Shown here: piece after piece, positions 26,300 to 40,199 of the stretch | Numbering within the stretch: the stretch's first letter is position 1 | Layout: each line of letters begins with the position of its first letter | Assembly (NCBI RefSeq): GCF_000143415.4 | Contig: NW_003314311.1 | Location: forward strand, 354,181-418,180 | Source of the DNA: Selaginella moellendorffii | Taxonomy: Eukaryota; Plantae; Lycopodiophyta | Length of the DNA stretch: 64,000 nt | Reading direction: 5' to 3' | Notes under the pieces: generated by a model | What the model was told of the DNA's origin: nothing | Seen by the model: the letters and a program-made list of their open reading frames with translations, nothing else | The model's database searches: none | Made by a program: the position numbers and the translations under genes

Positions 26300-28860
26300 A
26301 AACCACTAATATCTATTATAGATGAGTTTGAAGTTGTTTTTCATTTATGTTTTATCTCTCACTATTAAAAATGCTTTCATGGAACTTCAATAAAGAAGAA
26401 TGACATTTAGAGATTTCATTGAGAAACTTACTCATTTAATAAGCCATGTTCTAGATTAAAATGGCCTTCAAAGTGAAGGCAATACTTGCATCATTAAGAG
26501 TTATTTGATGTGGTTTGTTGATTTAATAAAAATAAGCATAAATCTCATAAGCATTTGAAGAGTCTTTTAGTCAAAGATTTGTTATAACAATCATTATGAA
26601 CACGAGGATGGAAATAACCATCACAAGTTGAAATCTATAATGACTACTTTAAAAATAAAAGGGTTGAAGAAGTAGATATTCTTTGTAAAGAACTAAAAGT
26701 AAAATTATTATTATTATGGCTAGTTTGGACATTATAAATTTATTTATCTATAGGTGAAGAACAAACAACAAAGCAAGAAAAATGGTTAATCTTTTAATGA
26801 CAGTAAGTTAAATATTAAGTTGTAGAATTTGTGACATGAGGATGATGAGAAGGATTGATTTGGTTAAAGGAAGCAATTGTAAATTGCTGATGGTCAATTA
26901 AATTATGTGTGGAATAAGGTAGAAGTTGAGAACACTTGTGCATTAATTTTAATGTTAGAGGGTGTATTCTATGGCAATCCAATACAAATTTTACTACACA
27001 ATTAAAGTGATTACAACTTTGTTTTCATAAAGTTTGTGAAGAGCACAACTTAATAACATGAGTTCTTCTATATATAATGGAAGGTGTAGCTACTTCTACC
27101 CAATATTTTGATACTTATATAAAAGGGCTAGAAGTGTTAACTAGCAAAACCACATTTGTGAAGATTTTTTATTTCACAAAAATTCATTGTGTAAAGCTTA
27201 TTCTTGGGATGTTATAAATAAATGTGGATTCAAAAATAAATTGAAATATTAAACACATTTTGCTAGAGTACAATGGCATTAAAGATGTGTGGTCTAGAGA
27301 GGGAGTTCAGCCCCCAATTATTATACTCTCTATTATATCTTTGAAACAAGCTTTTAGTAATGAATAGATATTTTTAAATTACTTATTGTTTATTTAGAAT
27401 AATAAAAGTGTAAGTAATTAAAAAAACAACTCAAAAGACAATTTACAAGGGTTCAAATAGAGGGAAGAGGCCTATGAATAAAAGTGCACTCCTTTTTTAA
27501 TCAGTTAAATTTTTTAAATATAATTTTAGATTTGAATAATAGTTTAGATGTGATTTTCTGGGAAGGCCAAATTTATAAACTTACATTTGATATTAAAGGG
27601 GTTTTAAGTTTGACTCTATTGGTTGATTAAGAAAATCATACCATATGTTGAGATTAACATTTGACAACCTAGTTTACTTTGGCTAAGTTCAACCTATAGA
27701 GGGTGGGGTGTCAAAAGAGCAGTTATAGTTCTTAGTTTTTATTCATAAGAGCTTAAATTTGTAAGGAAGTATAGTAAATTGTAAGCAATTAAAGAGAACA
27801 GCTTAAGCAATGATTCATAAAGGTTTAAATATAAAAAAAAGGCCAATAAATAAGAGTCCACCCCCTTTTCTATTTGATTAAGGGTTTTTGGATATTTAGG
27901 GTTTATGCATAGGTTGGATAACCTAATAAATTTAAATTCAGAAGTTTATACAAAGCATATGGAAGGGAGAAGTAATAATACGGGATGTACTCAAGGAATT
28001 TATTGATATCTTTCCATCCAAATTTATAGATTTCCTTTATTATGAGATATAAGATTATGCTAAAGCTAGAAATAAAGCTAATTTACCAATATCTTTTTTT
28101 ATTGAGCTAATGTGCTTTAAAAAAAAAGATGGTTAAAGATAAAATATTGATGCCATATATGGATGATATTTTAGACAAGTTTAATGAAGCTTGAGTTTTT
28201 TACCAAAATTGATTTGAAGAGTAAATATTATCAAATTGCAATAGATTTTATATATATATATNNNNNNNNNNNNNNNNNNNNNNNNNNNNNNNNNNNNNNN
28301 NNNNNNNNNNNNNNNNNNNNNNNNNNNNNNNNNNNNNNNNNNNNNNNNNNNNNNNNNNNNNGCTGTTTGGACATTATCTATATAAGTTTGTAGAGATTTT
28401 TCTACATATATTCTGGTTATAAGTAAGAATATAAAGGAGCATAAAGTGCATTAATGCATGGTTCTTTTATTATTATGTGACAACAAACTTTATGCAAAGA
28501 AGAGCAAATGTAAATTTGCAAAGTTAAATGTAAAGTATCTATACCATATTGTAATATCCATGGATGTTAAGACAAATCTAAAGAGGGTGGCTATAGTGGA
28601 AAATTAGCCTACACAAGCTTCAATAGCCAGTTATATAATTTCTTTAGTATAATTAGTTGTTACTAACATTTCTTGTGTAAATTTGCAAAGGTGGTTACTG
28701 CTTTGACACAATTGTTACATAAGAATATGTCATTCAAGTAGAAGAAGGTACAAGAGTATAGTTTTATAGCGTTAAAATGATTGTTGAGTGAGTGTAGCAT
28801 ATATAATTTGGTAAGTAGAAATATAATCATGGTAGAAGAGTAAAAAGCTAATGGGTATTT
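26300..28860 (+). mobile_element. Highly decayed Ty3/Gypsy gag-pol remnant
   Basis: Broken RT motifs: FFTKIDLKSKYYQI (28196-28240), KLYAKKSKCKFA...V.YL, HFLCKFAKVVTALTQLL. Many stops; very AT-rich. Confidence 0.7.
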
Positions 28861-31739
28861 AGAGGATTTGAACATAATTCAGATCAAATGTTTATAGTTT
28901 TAGTGGCTGATCATACTGCACAAACTCTAATTGATACATTATATACATATATTTAACTAGGTAAGTTTTATTTCTATTATTATTATTAACTAATAATTAA
29001 TTAATATTTTAGGAAAAATTATTTATAATGATTTTTGGGCTGGTTATGATTCAGAGTGGTTGAATCAATTGAATTTCATTATACATTTAACCACTCCCAA
29101 AATTTTGTTCATTCTATGACTAAAGTTCATACAAATTGTATTGAATCACCATAGAATACAGTGAAAAGATCCCTTCTGGTACAACAAAAGGATTATACAG
29201 CTTTTCCTTTCAAGAATTTAATTAGCAAAAAATATATATTGAAAAAAAACTGTATTTAATATTCTATGTAGTTATATTAAGCTACATAATCATAATACTG
29301 TTATAGTAGAATAAAAAGTATACTTTATTTTTTACTTTTAAATACTTAAAAATAATTGAAAAATAATATACTAGAATTTATTGTAATGAGGTGGCATGCT
29401 TATGTAAGCAATGAGAGTCCAAATAAGCCAATGGGGCCCACCCTAAATAAAGGGGGTTGCATTCTACCTAGTTCAAGAATACAAGTGGTTCTTTGATCCC
29501 CATGGGAGCTTCCAATGGTTTGCAAGATTTGTGCTCAATCTTTCACAACATGGCAGTCAAGTAGGAAATCTGTGGAGCTTGAGCACGTATGGGATGTGCA
29601 CAGATCACTGTACGGGCTCATTTGTCCTATTTGTGGAGCAATGATCTAGCAAGAAGCTCATTCTGCTAGAGGTGATCCACAGAACTTTGCCATTGGTGGA
29701 CACTGGGACAGTTACAGCACTCACAAAAGCTCCTATCAATCGACAGGATTGATAAACATATGGATTCTCAATGCTGGCTCAGAGGATCAAATCCTGCTTA
29801 CAGTTTTGTTTCATCCCATGAGTTTTCCAGGTAACAAGTTTCAAGTTTGAAATAAATCTTTTGTGACCATGTTCATATTTCAGGTTATGTTCAGGGGGGG
29901 GGGGGGGATTTTGCAAAGAGTATTGAAGCATTTTTTGTGTTTAAGCGAGCGTTAGGGGAGGTGCCCCTCCTTCCCTCAACAAATGGTGAACCCGACCTGA
30001 CACACAGCACTTTCTGAGGCGTCATTTCTCTTTTTCTTTTGGCTGCAGACTTTGGGAAGAAATTCCTTGTTCATCTGATAGCGGTTTTATTTGATCTTTA
30101 GCGTGTTGGATAGGTTTGGAGCTCCTCTTTCCAGCAAGGTATGGTGCTTATCAAGCCATGCAGTATCTGAGGAGATACAACATTTCTTGGCTTGGTTGAA
30201 TGAACATTTTGGGGTTTTCACTTTCTTGTTTAGATCCTCGGCCAAATTTCTCAAGGTAGTGCATTTAGGCTTGTACATCTGGCCTAGATCTACGAGTAGT
30301 GGTGATTTTTGGTGCTAGATTTGGCCAAATTGGTGGCATGCAAAAGGATTTTCTTCTCCAACTAGATGGGGTCATCTTTGTAGCAGGAATTCATGCTCCT
30401 CCGGGCTTTGTTTTGGATGCTATTTGTTTTTAGAGGTGCTCTTGCTCCTAGGCTTTCCAAAAACACCAATGGTGCCTTAGTATTGATCTACATCAGTGAC
30501 ATACACATGTTTTTCCACAATAATAATGTTCTGGGCTACCTCTTCTTGAATTTTAGGGAATATTGAGGTAGCTTCTTCCCAAATTCCTGCGATAGAGGGT
30601 AGACGGGGCTAAACCCTTTCCAACAAGCCCACCAACAGTCAAAATAGGGAAGCATTGAGGCCAAAGGACTCATTTTTTTTTTTGGGGCTAAACTTTGTTG
30701 GGAGTTCCTTGGGAATGAAGCAATCTTCAAGGAACAGGAGTTGGTATAAGAACAAGAACAGGAGGAGTAGGAACAAGAGTTGGCATAGGAATAGGGACAA
30801 TAGGAACATATGCAAGGATAAGAGTTGGTGTTAGAGCAAGTGCAAAAGTAGGTGGTTACCAATTAAAGGTTACAAGTCTCTAGTTACTTGTTACTAGTTA
30901 CTGGTTACCGGTTACTGACTACTCTGAGTGGTCAACACTTACTCTACAGACCAATGATTATTAATGGCCACTTTTTCAGAGTGCCACCACCATCTTGGCA
31001 CTCCACCATATCATTTCATCTTTCATCATTTCCACACTTACAACCTTTGGGCAACACATCCCCTCTTTTACCTCTCTTTCTTTCTCAATTTCGGCCAATC
31101 TTTGGAGCATACTGAAAGTCATCAAGAGGCTGCATTTGCATATTACACTTTCCTGAGCCGAAATCCAGGTACGGGTTAAGTTCTTTAGGTGCTCATTCTT
31201 TTTCCTCTATTTTCTTCTTCTTCTCACACTTTTCTTCAACTTCAAGGTCCAGTTTGACTATAGGGTTTCCCACCAGGTTTTCCTCCCTGTCTCTAAACTT
31301 CACACCTACCTCTTTTCTTTCTTTTCTACTTTGTTTTCTAGAGTTTCTACTATTTCATGCGCCCTTGGCATTAGTAGTAGAGGTACACTCTANNNNNNNN
31401 NNNNNNNNNNNNNNNNNNNNNNNNNNNNNNNNNNNNNNNNNNNNNNNNNNNNNNNNNNNNNNNNNNNNNNNNNNNNNNNNNNNNNNNNNNNNGCAAAGAG
31501 CATTGAAGCATGTGTTTGAGTGAGCATTGGGGGAGGTGCCCCTCCTTCCCCTAACAATGGGAGAAAGACAAGGTAGAGGGCAATTGTTTTCGTTGTCATA
31601 GGGCTCAACATCAAGGCAAAGATTGTCTTGAAGGGGTCAATAAATGCTAAAGTGACTATGGTGGAATCTATAGGCAATGATAAGCAATGATGCAAATGGA
31701 TATTGTTATTGGGGCCATATTGCTTTAAGTTCAACATTT

Positions 31740-34450
31740 TCTTGCATTCATGTCCCATAAGTTTGATGTTACATAATGGAATTGGCCTACTCGAGACAAG
31801 GAGTTGTATGTTGTGATTGCTGTTGTGAAGGAATAATGACATTATCTATATAGATCAGACTTTCATATGGATTCAGACCATCAAGTCTCTTTAGTATTTC
31901 AATCGACAAAAGGATTTTTGAGGCTACCTTACTCGTTAGCAAGAGTTCCTATAGGAAATGTTTATTAAGATACATTATAAGCATAGAAGTGACAATAAGG
32001 TGGTTGATGCATTATCCAGGATGGTAAATTCTATTTTGTTCTTGAAGCTATCTAGTGATCTCTTAGATGAGCTTAAAGAGTTTGATGACTTCAACTCCTT
32101 TATCATTGATGTTCGCACAAAGGTTTTCTTGAGGGACACCTCTACAGGTTTGAAGGATGACAAGTTTGCATCATTCGAGATACGAGATGGAATTCTAGTG
32201 AAGAAGAGACTTGTGGTGGTTCCTCGTGTTGACAAATTCATCAAACGAATTTTGGTTTAGTGTCATGATGTGCCAAGTGCTGGGCATCCAGGGGTACTGA
32301 AAACATATATGTTGGTGAAGAGGCATTTCTTTTGGCCTGGGATGAAGTTAAATGTTGAGAAGTATATACGTGGTTGTTTGACTTGTTAGGTAGCCAAAGT
32401 TGATCATCAAAAGCTCACTAGCCTCTATCATCTTTTATATATACATGAGAATAAATAAGATAGCATCTCAATGGACTTTATCATTGGTTTGCCTAAGACC
32501 TTTCAAAGAAATGATGCTATTTGGGTTATTATGAATTATTTGACGAAGATGGCTCACTTCTTTTCAATGAAGATGATAATAAAAGCTTTTGAACTTGCTT
32601 AGTTGTTTGTAGACTGATTATTCAATCTTTATGGTTTGCCAAGTGATATTGTGAGTGATCATGATCCCAAGTTCACATCCAAGTTTTGGCAAACAGTCTT
32701 TGAAAAGTTAGAGACTAAGTTGAGTATGAGTAATGGTGAGCATCCATAATTAGATGAGCAAACAGAGCATATGAATCAACTATTAGAAGATATGCTGAGG
32801 TCTTTTGTGGGAAACTTGACTTGACAGGTAGTATAGGAGAAGTACTTGCATTTGCTTCAATTTGCTCACAATAGCACTCATCAATTAGCTATTGGCATGT
32901 CTCCCTTTATGGCGATAAGCCTACGTCTCTTGTGAGTTTGAATTTGGCTTTGGTTCAGGTACCTCATACTTGTGATTTCTCTAGACTATGCCTCAGGTTG
33001 GTCGGCCATGCCTGACCTATCCACTATCCCTACTATACATTTGGAACCCCCCATAGCCCCCCCCCCTTGAGGAACACACGCTTTGGGCTTTCACCCCAAG
33101 CCTCCCTTAGTATCAGGAGTTAGTCTTTGGGACAAGCTCGAAATTTACTAAATATGGAATGGAGCTAGATTGTGAATTTGGACATGGGACGAACACTATT
33201 GTGTTCAGGACAATCTCTACATTCCATAGATATGCCAAATGAGCAAATCTGGACACTTTCCATAAATAGCATTTGGGACCAAATTGAAACTAACACAAAA
33301 GGCATGATAGCGAGGGTGTTTGGCAGACACGGTAAGCTATCATCTAGCGATATTAAGGGACCAATCTTAATATCGCGGGGGGTTCTTAATACTAGCAAGT
33401 GCAAGCCAATGACACAAGTTTCTCAAACCAGGCCGAGTATGCTCAGCAAGAAACACATAGGGTTCCTACCTTATGTTTATCCAATCTAAGTGCATGTTCA
33501 TTGACCAGTTTCTCAACTAGCTCAAGTGGGAACTGATAACGGGTCCAGCAATACCGACCTCCTGCCATCATAGCAGTAAGGTAAGAGTGTCTGTAAGGAC
33601 TAGCCGATAGGTAACTTTCGATACCCGAAGTCACATTTGCGACAGTAGTGCTAAGTTGTCTCCATGGTATTGTGGGATTTGGACAATTTTACAGTGTGTG
33701 GGGGATCTTGTATACACTTTGAATTTGCTAGTTAGTTCAAAGATTCATCCAATGTTCCATGTGATGAAGCTTAAAGCGTGTTTGCACTTTAGTGATGTGG
33801 ATCAGTCCATCATCCAAGTCTTAGAGATTGATGCAAAGATGGCTGGTCTGACCAATATTCTTGCTTAAAGATTGGTGAAAACATGCTAGAAGACAATTAG
33901 GGAGTTGTTAGTTCAGTGAAATGGTTATTTTATGAATGAAGCTAAATGGGAAATTGAGGATGACATGAAGAGAGTGTTTCTGAGTTTTGGTTATGACTTG
34001 AATAATATTCCTCTCGGAAGGGGAGAATTAAGTTCTATAGCCATATTACCATATGATATGATCCCTTTATTCTATTGTTATTCTTTTCTTTCCATGACTA
34101 TATTGTCATGCAAGAAAGCCATATTGCTTTCTTTCTTTCCTGGCCGTTTGTTATAACATTGGTGTTGCCGTTTGCACATTTTTTCTCCATGGCCATATTG
34201 CTTTGGAATCCCTTCATGTGAAGCTTGTTTAGCTTCTTGAAGCTGCTGTCTATGGCTGGGTCATGAGGGAGGGGAGAATGACATGAACCATAGGAATATT
34301 CCAGAAATATTTTATGGCTTATGGGATTTAAGGCTGTAACACCTTAAGGGTTGGGAAGTTGGCTTAGGGTTCACTCTCTTGTTCTTTTCATTCATAGTGC
34401 TCTACAAGGTGTTGCCCTTAAGGTCTGAAATGAAGCATGTGAATAGAGAG
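31740..34450 (+). mobile_element. Decayed Ty3/Gypsy (chromovirus-like) RNaseH-integrase-chromodomain region, PPT and start of 3' LTR
   Basis: NKVVDALSR; HDVPSAGHPG..KT...FFWPGM...GCLTC zinc finger; ISMDFIIGLP; IVSDHDPKFTSKFW; KLSPWYCG; IHPMFHV; chromo-like LLVQ.NGY...AKWE. PPT gagggaggggagaa at 34265-34278, then TG. Confidence 0.85.
32981..33644 (-). mobile_element. Truncated family-A LTR in reverse orientation within the decayed integrase
   Basis: Reverse complement starts TGTCGCAAATGTGACTTCGGGTATCGAAAG, matching LTR starts at 43185, 50017 and 56170. Confidence 0.85.
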
Positions 34451-35781
34451 TTGCTATATCTAGTAGTGAAACTCTTAGAAACTAGAAAACTTAGATATGG
34501 CAAGAAAATTTAACATGAGCTGCTAGTGCCATGGCTAATGTGCTAGGCTATGGCCCTAGCACATGCTTTGGCACAGCTAGAAAACTAGAGTCTTTGAAGA
34601 ACCTAGCTCCAATTACTACAACTATATTGCTTCCTAGATGAATTCTTTAGAATGGAAGTATTTTTTGTTGGTGTGGTATAACTTAAGCTTGTCACTTAGT
34701 TTCTTATAAGGAAATTTACTCTAAAATAATGATAATTTCTTTAAAATGAGGCATTCTGCCTATATTAGCAACACTATTGTTGATTTATATTATGCATGTT
34801 ATATTTTAGCTTGTAGTGCATAAAAGATCCCAACTAAGCAACCTTGGTTGTTGAGAGCATGGAAACTTACCCTTCTCTAAGACTTAAACATTTACTAACT
34901 AATGGATATTAATTCTTCTTAATTGCATGGTTTGTACATATCAGTGCCATGTATGAATTCTTCAAGCACCAACTCATCAATTAGTCACCATGTAATGCCA
35001 AGATGGATAATATGTATTACTAGCAAGCCTAGCAAGGCCCAATTCCACCACTACCATGCTTCTAGGGCTTCTGGCACTATTTCAAGAGCAACATCCTCTT
35101 GAGCAATATCCCTTTGCAATTGTTTAAGATCAAGTGCTTGGATCTCAGCCACAATCTCTTCGAAGGCACCAATTTCAATTGGTTTGTATCTCCACCACCC
35201 TAAAATCTTAGGCATCTTGCCCAAATTCTTTCACATAAAGGATCAATCTCTATGCATGCCCTTATTGATACTTGTAAATCCATAACCAAGAAAACAATAA
35301 TTGCTCACAACAAAATCTTCTGATGCTTTGCAATTGTTTGTATATACCAAACTCTATGGATCATAGTTAAATTGAATCACTCAAAAAGGAGAAGATGACA
35401 TGGCTGTACATGTGGTGTGGCATATCCCATGTACATATTATAATCCACACAATCACGAAACACAATCTAAATGTGTTTGCGTGCATAATAATTTTATGGG
35501 CAATTGAAAGAAAAACTGCACATATGGCATCACATAAGAGAATAGCTTTAAATAGAAGAAAAAACTAAATGTTAATAGAATAAACAATTAAGAATAAATG
35601 AGTAAAGACACTACTTAACATCTCCACCAATGTCATATTTTTCCTTTATAATACTGGATGATTTATTTGTAAATTAATATGTTAATATTAGATAGTATCT
35701 CATATACAAAATGGAATTTTTGATTTGATTGAATACACCAACCAAGAGTCTAAAATCTAATTAGACTGACCTTTTTTACAA

Positions 35782-36684
35782 ATGAATTATAAAAAAATTA
35801 ATTTAGTTACATATTTATATTTTTCTATAGCTTATTCTCAAAAAATATATCATTATGAGGATTATGGAGATAATGGAGCAATTCCAATGCATATAAATAT
35901 GGATAATTTAGCTTCAATGTTTATTACTTTTTTAAGACACTCGTTGCCTTCTGGTAGAAATACACAAGTGGATTCTCTATTTTATACATCTTATATAAGT
36001 TCAGACTTAAAAATAAATATGCTATTTGTTATACTATCTGCTAGTATAAATTGTCCAATAAACAATGGTATACATGAAATTAATAATGATGCTGCTAGAC
36101 TTTTATTATCAAGAGTTGGTAGAGAAGTTTATTTATCTTTTCGAAATGCTAGAGCATCACATTTCATAAGTATTATTGTTCAGAATGATATTGGTATTTT
36201 TCTAGTTTTATATCAAATACAAGACTATATTTCTAGAATAACACCTCATTATATTATTCATGCACATTCAATTCCATATAATTTTTGTAACTTTCTAAAA
36301 AATAGATTATTTAGTGGATATAAAGGTTTATATATAGCCACACTTAATCCTGGTGAATTCTTAGCACATTTTTATAAAACATATGTATTTTTAGTACAAC
36401 ATGATTGTAATACTGTTTTTTATTATGTAAATACAGTTTTATGGGATACTAAAACTTATAAAGTAAGTTTTGATTGTAAATTAAGATTACAAGAAGATGG
36501 AAATCTTGTACTTTATTCAGCATTTGATTTACAATCGCTATATGCAACTGGAACTTATTGTAGAAAATATAATTGTGTGAAACCATCAATGCTTATTCTA
36601 CAATTAAATTGTGATTTAGTTTTATACCAAGATGGAAACCCTTCTATACAAATGTGGTCAACTGAAACAATATGTTATAATTAA
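35782..36684 (+). CDS. Intronless AT-rich 300-aa protein with a C-terminal bulb-type (GNA/B-type) mannose-binding lectin domain
   Basis: TLNPGEFL...VQHDCNTVFY...LWDTKT...CKLRLQEDGNLVLY...LQLNCDLVLY...MWSTET (three QxDxNxVxY-type subdomains, one canonical). Possible N-terminal signal peptide. Confidence 0.75.
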   Translation: MNYKKINLVTYLYFSIAYSQKIYHYEDYGDNGAIPMHINMDNLASMFITFLRHSLPSGRNTQVDSLFYTSYISSDLKINMLFVILSASINCPINNGIHEINNDAARLLLSRVGREVYLSFRNARASHFISIIVQNDIGIFLVLYQIQDYISRITPHYIIHAHSIPYNFCNFLKNRLFSGYKGLYIATLNPGEFLAHFYKTYVFLVQHDCNTVFYYVNTVLWDTKTYKVSFDCKLRLQEDGNLVLYSAFDLQSLYATGTYCRKYNCVKPSMLILQLNCDLVLYQDGNPSIQMWSTETICYN

Positions 36685-39600
36685 TAATTTCAAATATAAA
36701 TTAAATCTTATATCTTTACTAATAAAAATTCTTTATTACTAAAACTTGAATTTTTTGTAGCTTATTCTCAAATCTAGCTTATTAATATATCTTTCTGTGT
36801 GATACATATCGATATAGAATTCATTAAAGCACCTCCCTAGCCCTGCCAACAGCAAAACCTAGCCCTTTTTTTATTTTAAACCAACCAAATTCTAATAAAT
36901 TACTTAAACTGGTATGACATATATAAAGGCTGTACCAATGATGTATAGAACAGTCTTATCATTCATACATGCTAATTACGCACATCCCACAATGAAATAT
37001 ATTTTATAATTAAGATCCCTATTAAGACAAGAACTACTTTTCACTAATAGGAGTGCTATGGTGGAGACTAGAGGTAGGGGTATATAGTATAAAGGAAATA
37101 ATAATTTTGAAGGTCCTATTTTCATTTTATGACAAGATTAGAAGAGGTTTTGATATATAATATAGGTATTCAGTTATAAAAAATATAAGTCTATTTTGAG
37201 TTCTCATATTATAGATAATCATATCCTATTGCTTGAGAATTTTGCTAGGTCTCATGGAAGTGCCAAATGGATAATTTATCCTGTATGATTCTGACTATTT
37301 TTTAATATCTGAGAGTGGTAATGAAGAACATTACATAGTCTTAAGCAACCCATTGTAGATTCCAACATTTCCTAGATTCTAGAGGTTTTGGTAATCCAAG
37401 TGCTTTTTCATGTGGATAAATATGAAATTTTATGAGACCAAGACAGTAGACTACTTGGCAACTTATCTATAGATTTTAGAGCCAAACATTGTATAAATAT
37501 ATGAAGTTTATTGATCCAAATTGCAGAGGTATATATTACAAGATAACACTAGTAGAGGTACTTTATTATGATCACACTAATGTTGCCAAGAACCACAGAA
37601 GTACTATCTAACACTAAAGTTAATAGCTAGTAGGACATTGTTTTAGCCAATGTGAAATTCATGAAGCTTTAGTTGTACACAACCTTGCAATGCTTAAGGC
37701 ATTTGTCCAGGATTCAGAGTTGGATATATACTATGAAGTGCCTTATGCATTATGCCATATGAATTGTGAGTACTTAATTTGGTTTTTAAACTTCTTATGT
37801 CACCATCTTATGTCTTGCTCTCATAGTGTATCATATGAAATTTACATACATGCTATAATGATGCACTATATTGGCTCTTACAAGAAATCAACTACAAAGT
37901 AGTCATATGCAATTTTCAACACCTATATATATGCACGCCATTCATAGATTGGGTTGACCAAAATTGATTAAGAGTGATCACTTACTCAAGCATAACAATG
38001 TACAAAATGATATGAATAGAACATGGGTGCTCAAGTCAGGCCCTTTATCCATGGCATCTCCATACAAAACTACGTATAAGAATGCACTATGAAGTTTTGA
38101 ATTGCCAAGAATCTTGTGTAATAGATTGCAACTTAGAACCTCCATAAGGTTTAAACATTTTGAAATGGTGAAAATTTTAGGTTTTCTCATGGTCTTGCCA
38201 ATTTATTTAAACCTATAGAGGATGAATTTGGGTAAGAAAACATCTATTTACTCTTTATTTCTCTATAACACCCTTAAAATGCCTGGAGACATAGGGAACA
38301 CCCTTCCCCAATGTCCCATATAGTTTTCATAACATAGCTACAAAATTGAGTAGTAAGGATATTGAACTAATGTCTAAATTCTTTCTATGTAGTGTTGAAA
38401 GTGCTACTTTCCCATATGTAATTTGTTGTAACTTTTTCAAATTTTTGCTATGCTAAGGGCTAAGTCCTTTGTTTTGAGCAAGTATCACATAGCAACAGTC
38501 TCGAATCAAGAATTATCACTTTATCATGCATGACTAATTGAGATGAGTAATAACTTTTATATTTGGACCTGTAGATGTAATATACACTTCTGGATGTAGT
38601 AGGCATTTAATTGATTAGTGACTACTTAATAGATAATATATCATTATATTTTTACCCCTAGAAAATGAAATCATATATTTTGGGCAACCATGAGTACATT
38701 CTTCATTTGTAAAGCATCCATTGACAAAGGAATGCACTGTGGGATTTGATACAAAGTAGATGACTAATTGCCTCAACTAATCTATAAAATAGGATTAATA
38801 GATGCGCATGTTAGTTCCCTTGGTTGTTAGTCAATGAGGATATTAACATCTCACTCCAGGATTTTCAAAGAATCTTACTTGGAAAGTGGGAAAATCCCAC
38901 TTTGTGACATGGAGAAAAGCTCTACATAAAATTCTATGTAGAAGGAATTGAGCTTCCACAGAGAGCACTAGGGACTGCTGGGGATTTGGCACTGGCAGTG
39001 GTGTTAGAGAAGCCCGTGGCTTGAGCCTTAACTTGGACTATCAAACTTTTCTTTTCATAAAGAGATGGCAGATTCCTCAGATAGAAACTTGATCAAGGCC
39101 TCTTGATATGGTAAATTTCATTAGCTGCTCAGCTTTGAAGGACTTTGATTTTCATGATGGATCTTTCAGCATGCCCAGATTGGAGATTAGATGTAGAACC
39201 TTGGAAATCTCTCTAAAAACATCATCTAGGGAGTCTGAAAATGGAATAAGCTGGCAAGGGAGATCTAGAAAGAATAAAGCTTACCTTTAAATTCTAAACT
39301 TTTAATAAACTTTGTAAAGTCTCTTTGTGGAGTTTCATAAGATGGTGCATGATGTTGTCAACCATGTCGAGCTGGATATTGACGCTGTATAAGTCATGAA
39401 ACCTCCAAAGCATGATTTGCCACTCAAGCTAGCACTGTGGAGAATTTGTATCATGTTCTTCTCTATAGTTACTGCTGCTGCGCTTGCTAATGCTGCCTTC
39501 ATCTCTTCAAGTGCCCCTTGGGCAGTGGATAGCCTGCTTGAAACCTGTTGTTGCAGTAGACACACTTCTTCTTATGTCCCTCAACATCCAGCTCAACTGT

Positions 39601-40199
39601 CTTATAATCAGGTTCCAACCTACGACTGAATTTTGGTCTAGATTGTTTAAACTGACTGATCTTGCATTGAGCCACGTGGTCTCTGCTTTGAAAGAACAGC
39701 ATTGCACGCAAGCATGCCAAAGTCTCATGGATGTATGGAGAGATTTGATCCACCAGGAAGTTGTACTCCATCTGTATGCCATCAATGAATCCTCTATGAA
39801 TGGAGTCCAGAATCCCTAGAAAAGTTCTTGCCCTTCTGGGGCAAGGGTTTTATACAAGGAAGATGGGGAATATTCTAAGGACCAGAATATTCCCTCTCTC
39901 TCTCACTCTCTCGGTGGCCACACCCTAACACCATTAGTTCAAACGAAGCTTCTTACCCTCATTGCCATCTTCATGCTTCGAGCCATGACAGAACAATAGC
40001 TGTTTCTTCCCCAAATATGAAGCATTGGTGGATTGGTCATCATGTTGACTACTTTGTAGATTATCTTGTTGATCAGAGTTGACCAAGTTGATTGACGGTT
40101 TGGGCGAAAAGATTTGACCATTAGGAGATGGAGACTCGGTCAGCTCGGCAGTGGCATGGAGGCCAAGGTGAGGGATGGTGGAGCTATGACAGACTCACA

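Noticed and set aside
36080-36130. NDAARLLL in the lectin N-domain resembling the RIP EAARF motif
   Set aside because: Catalytic Glu and surrounding RIP motifs are absent; likely chance.
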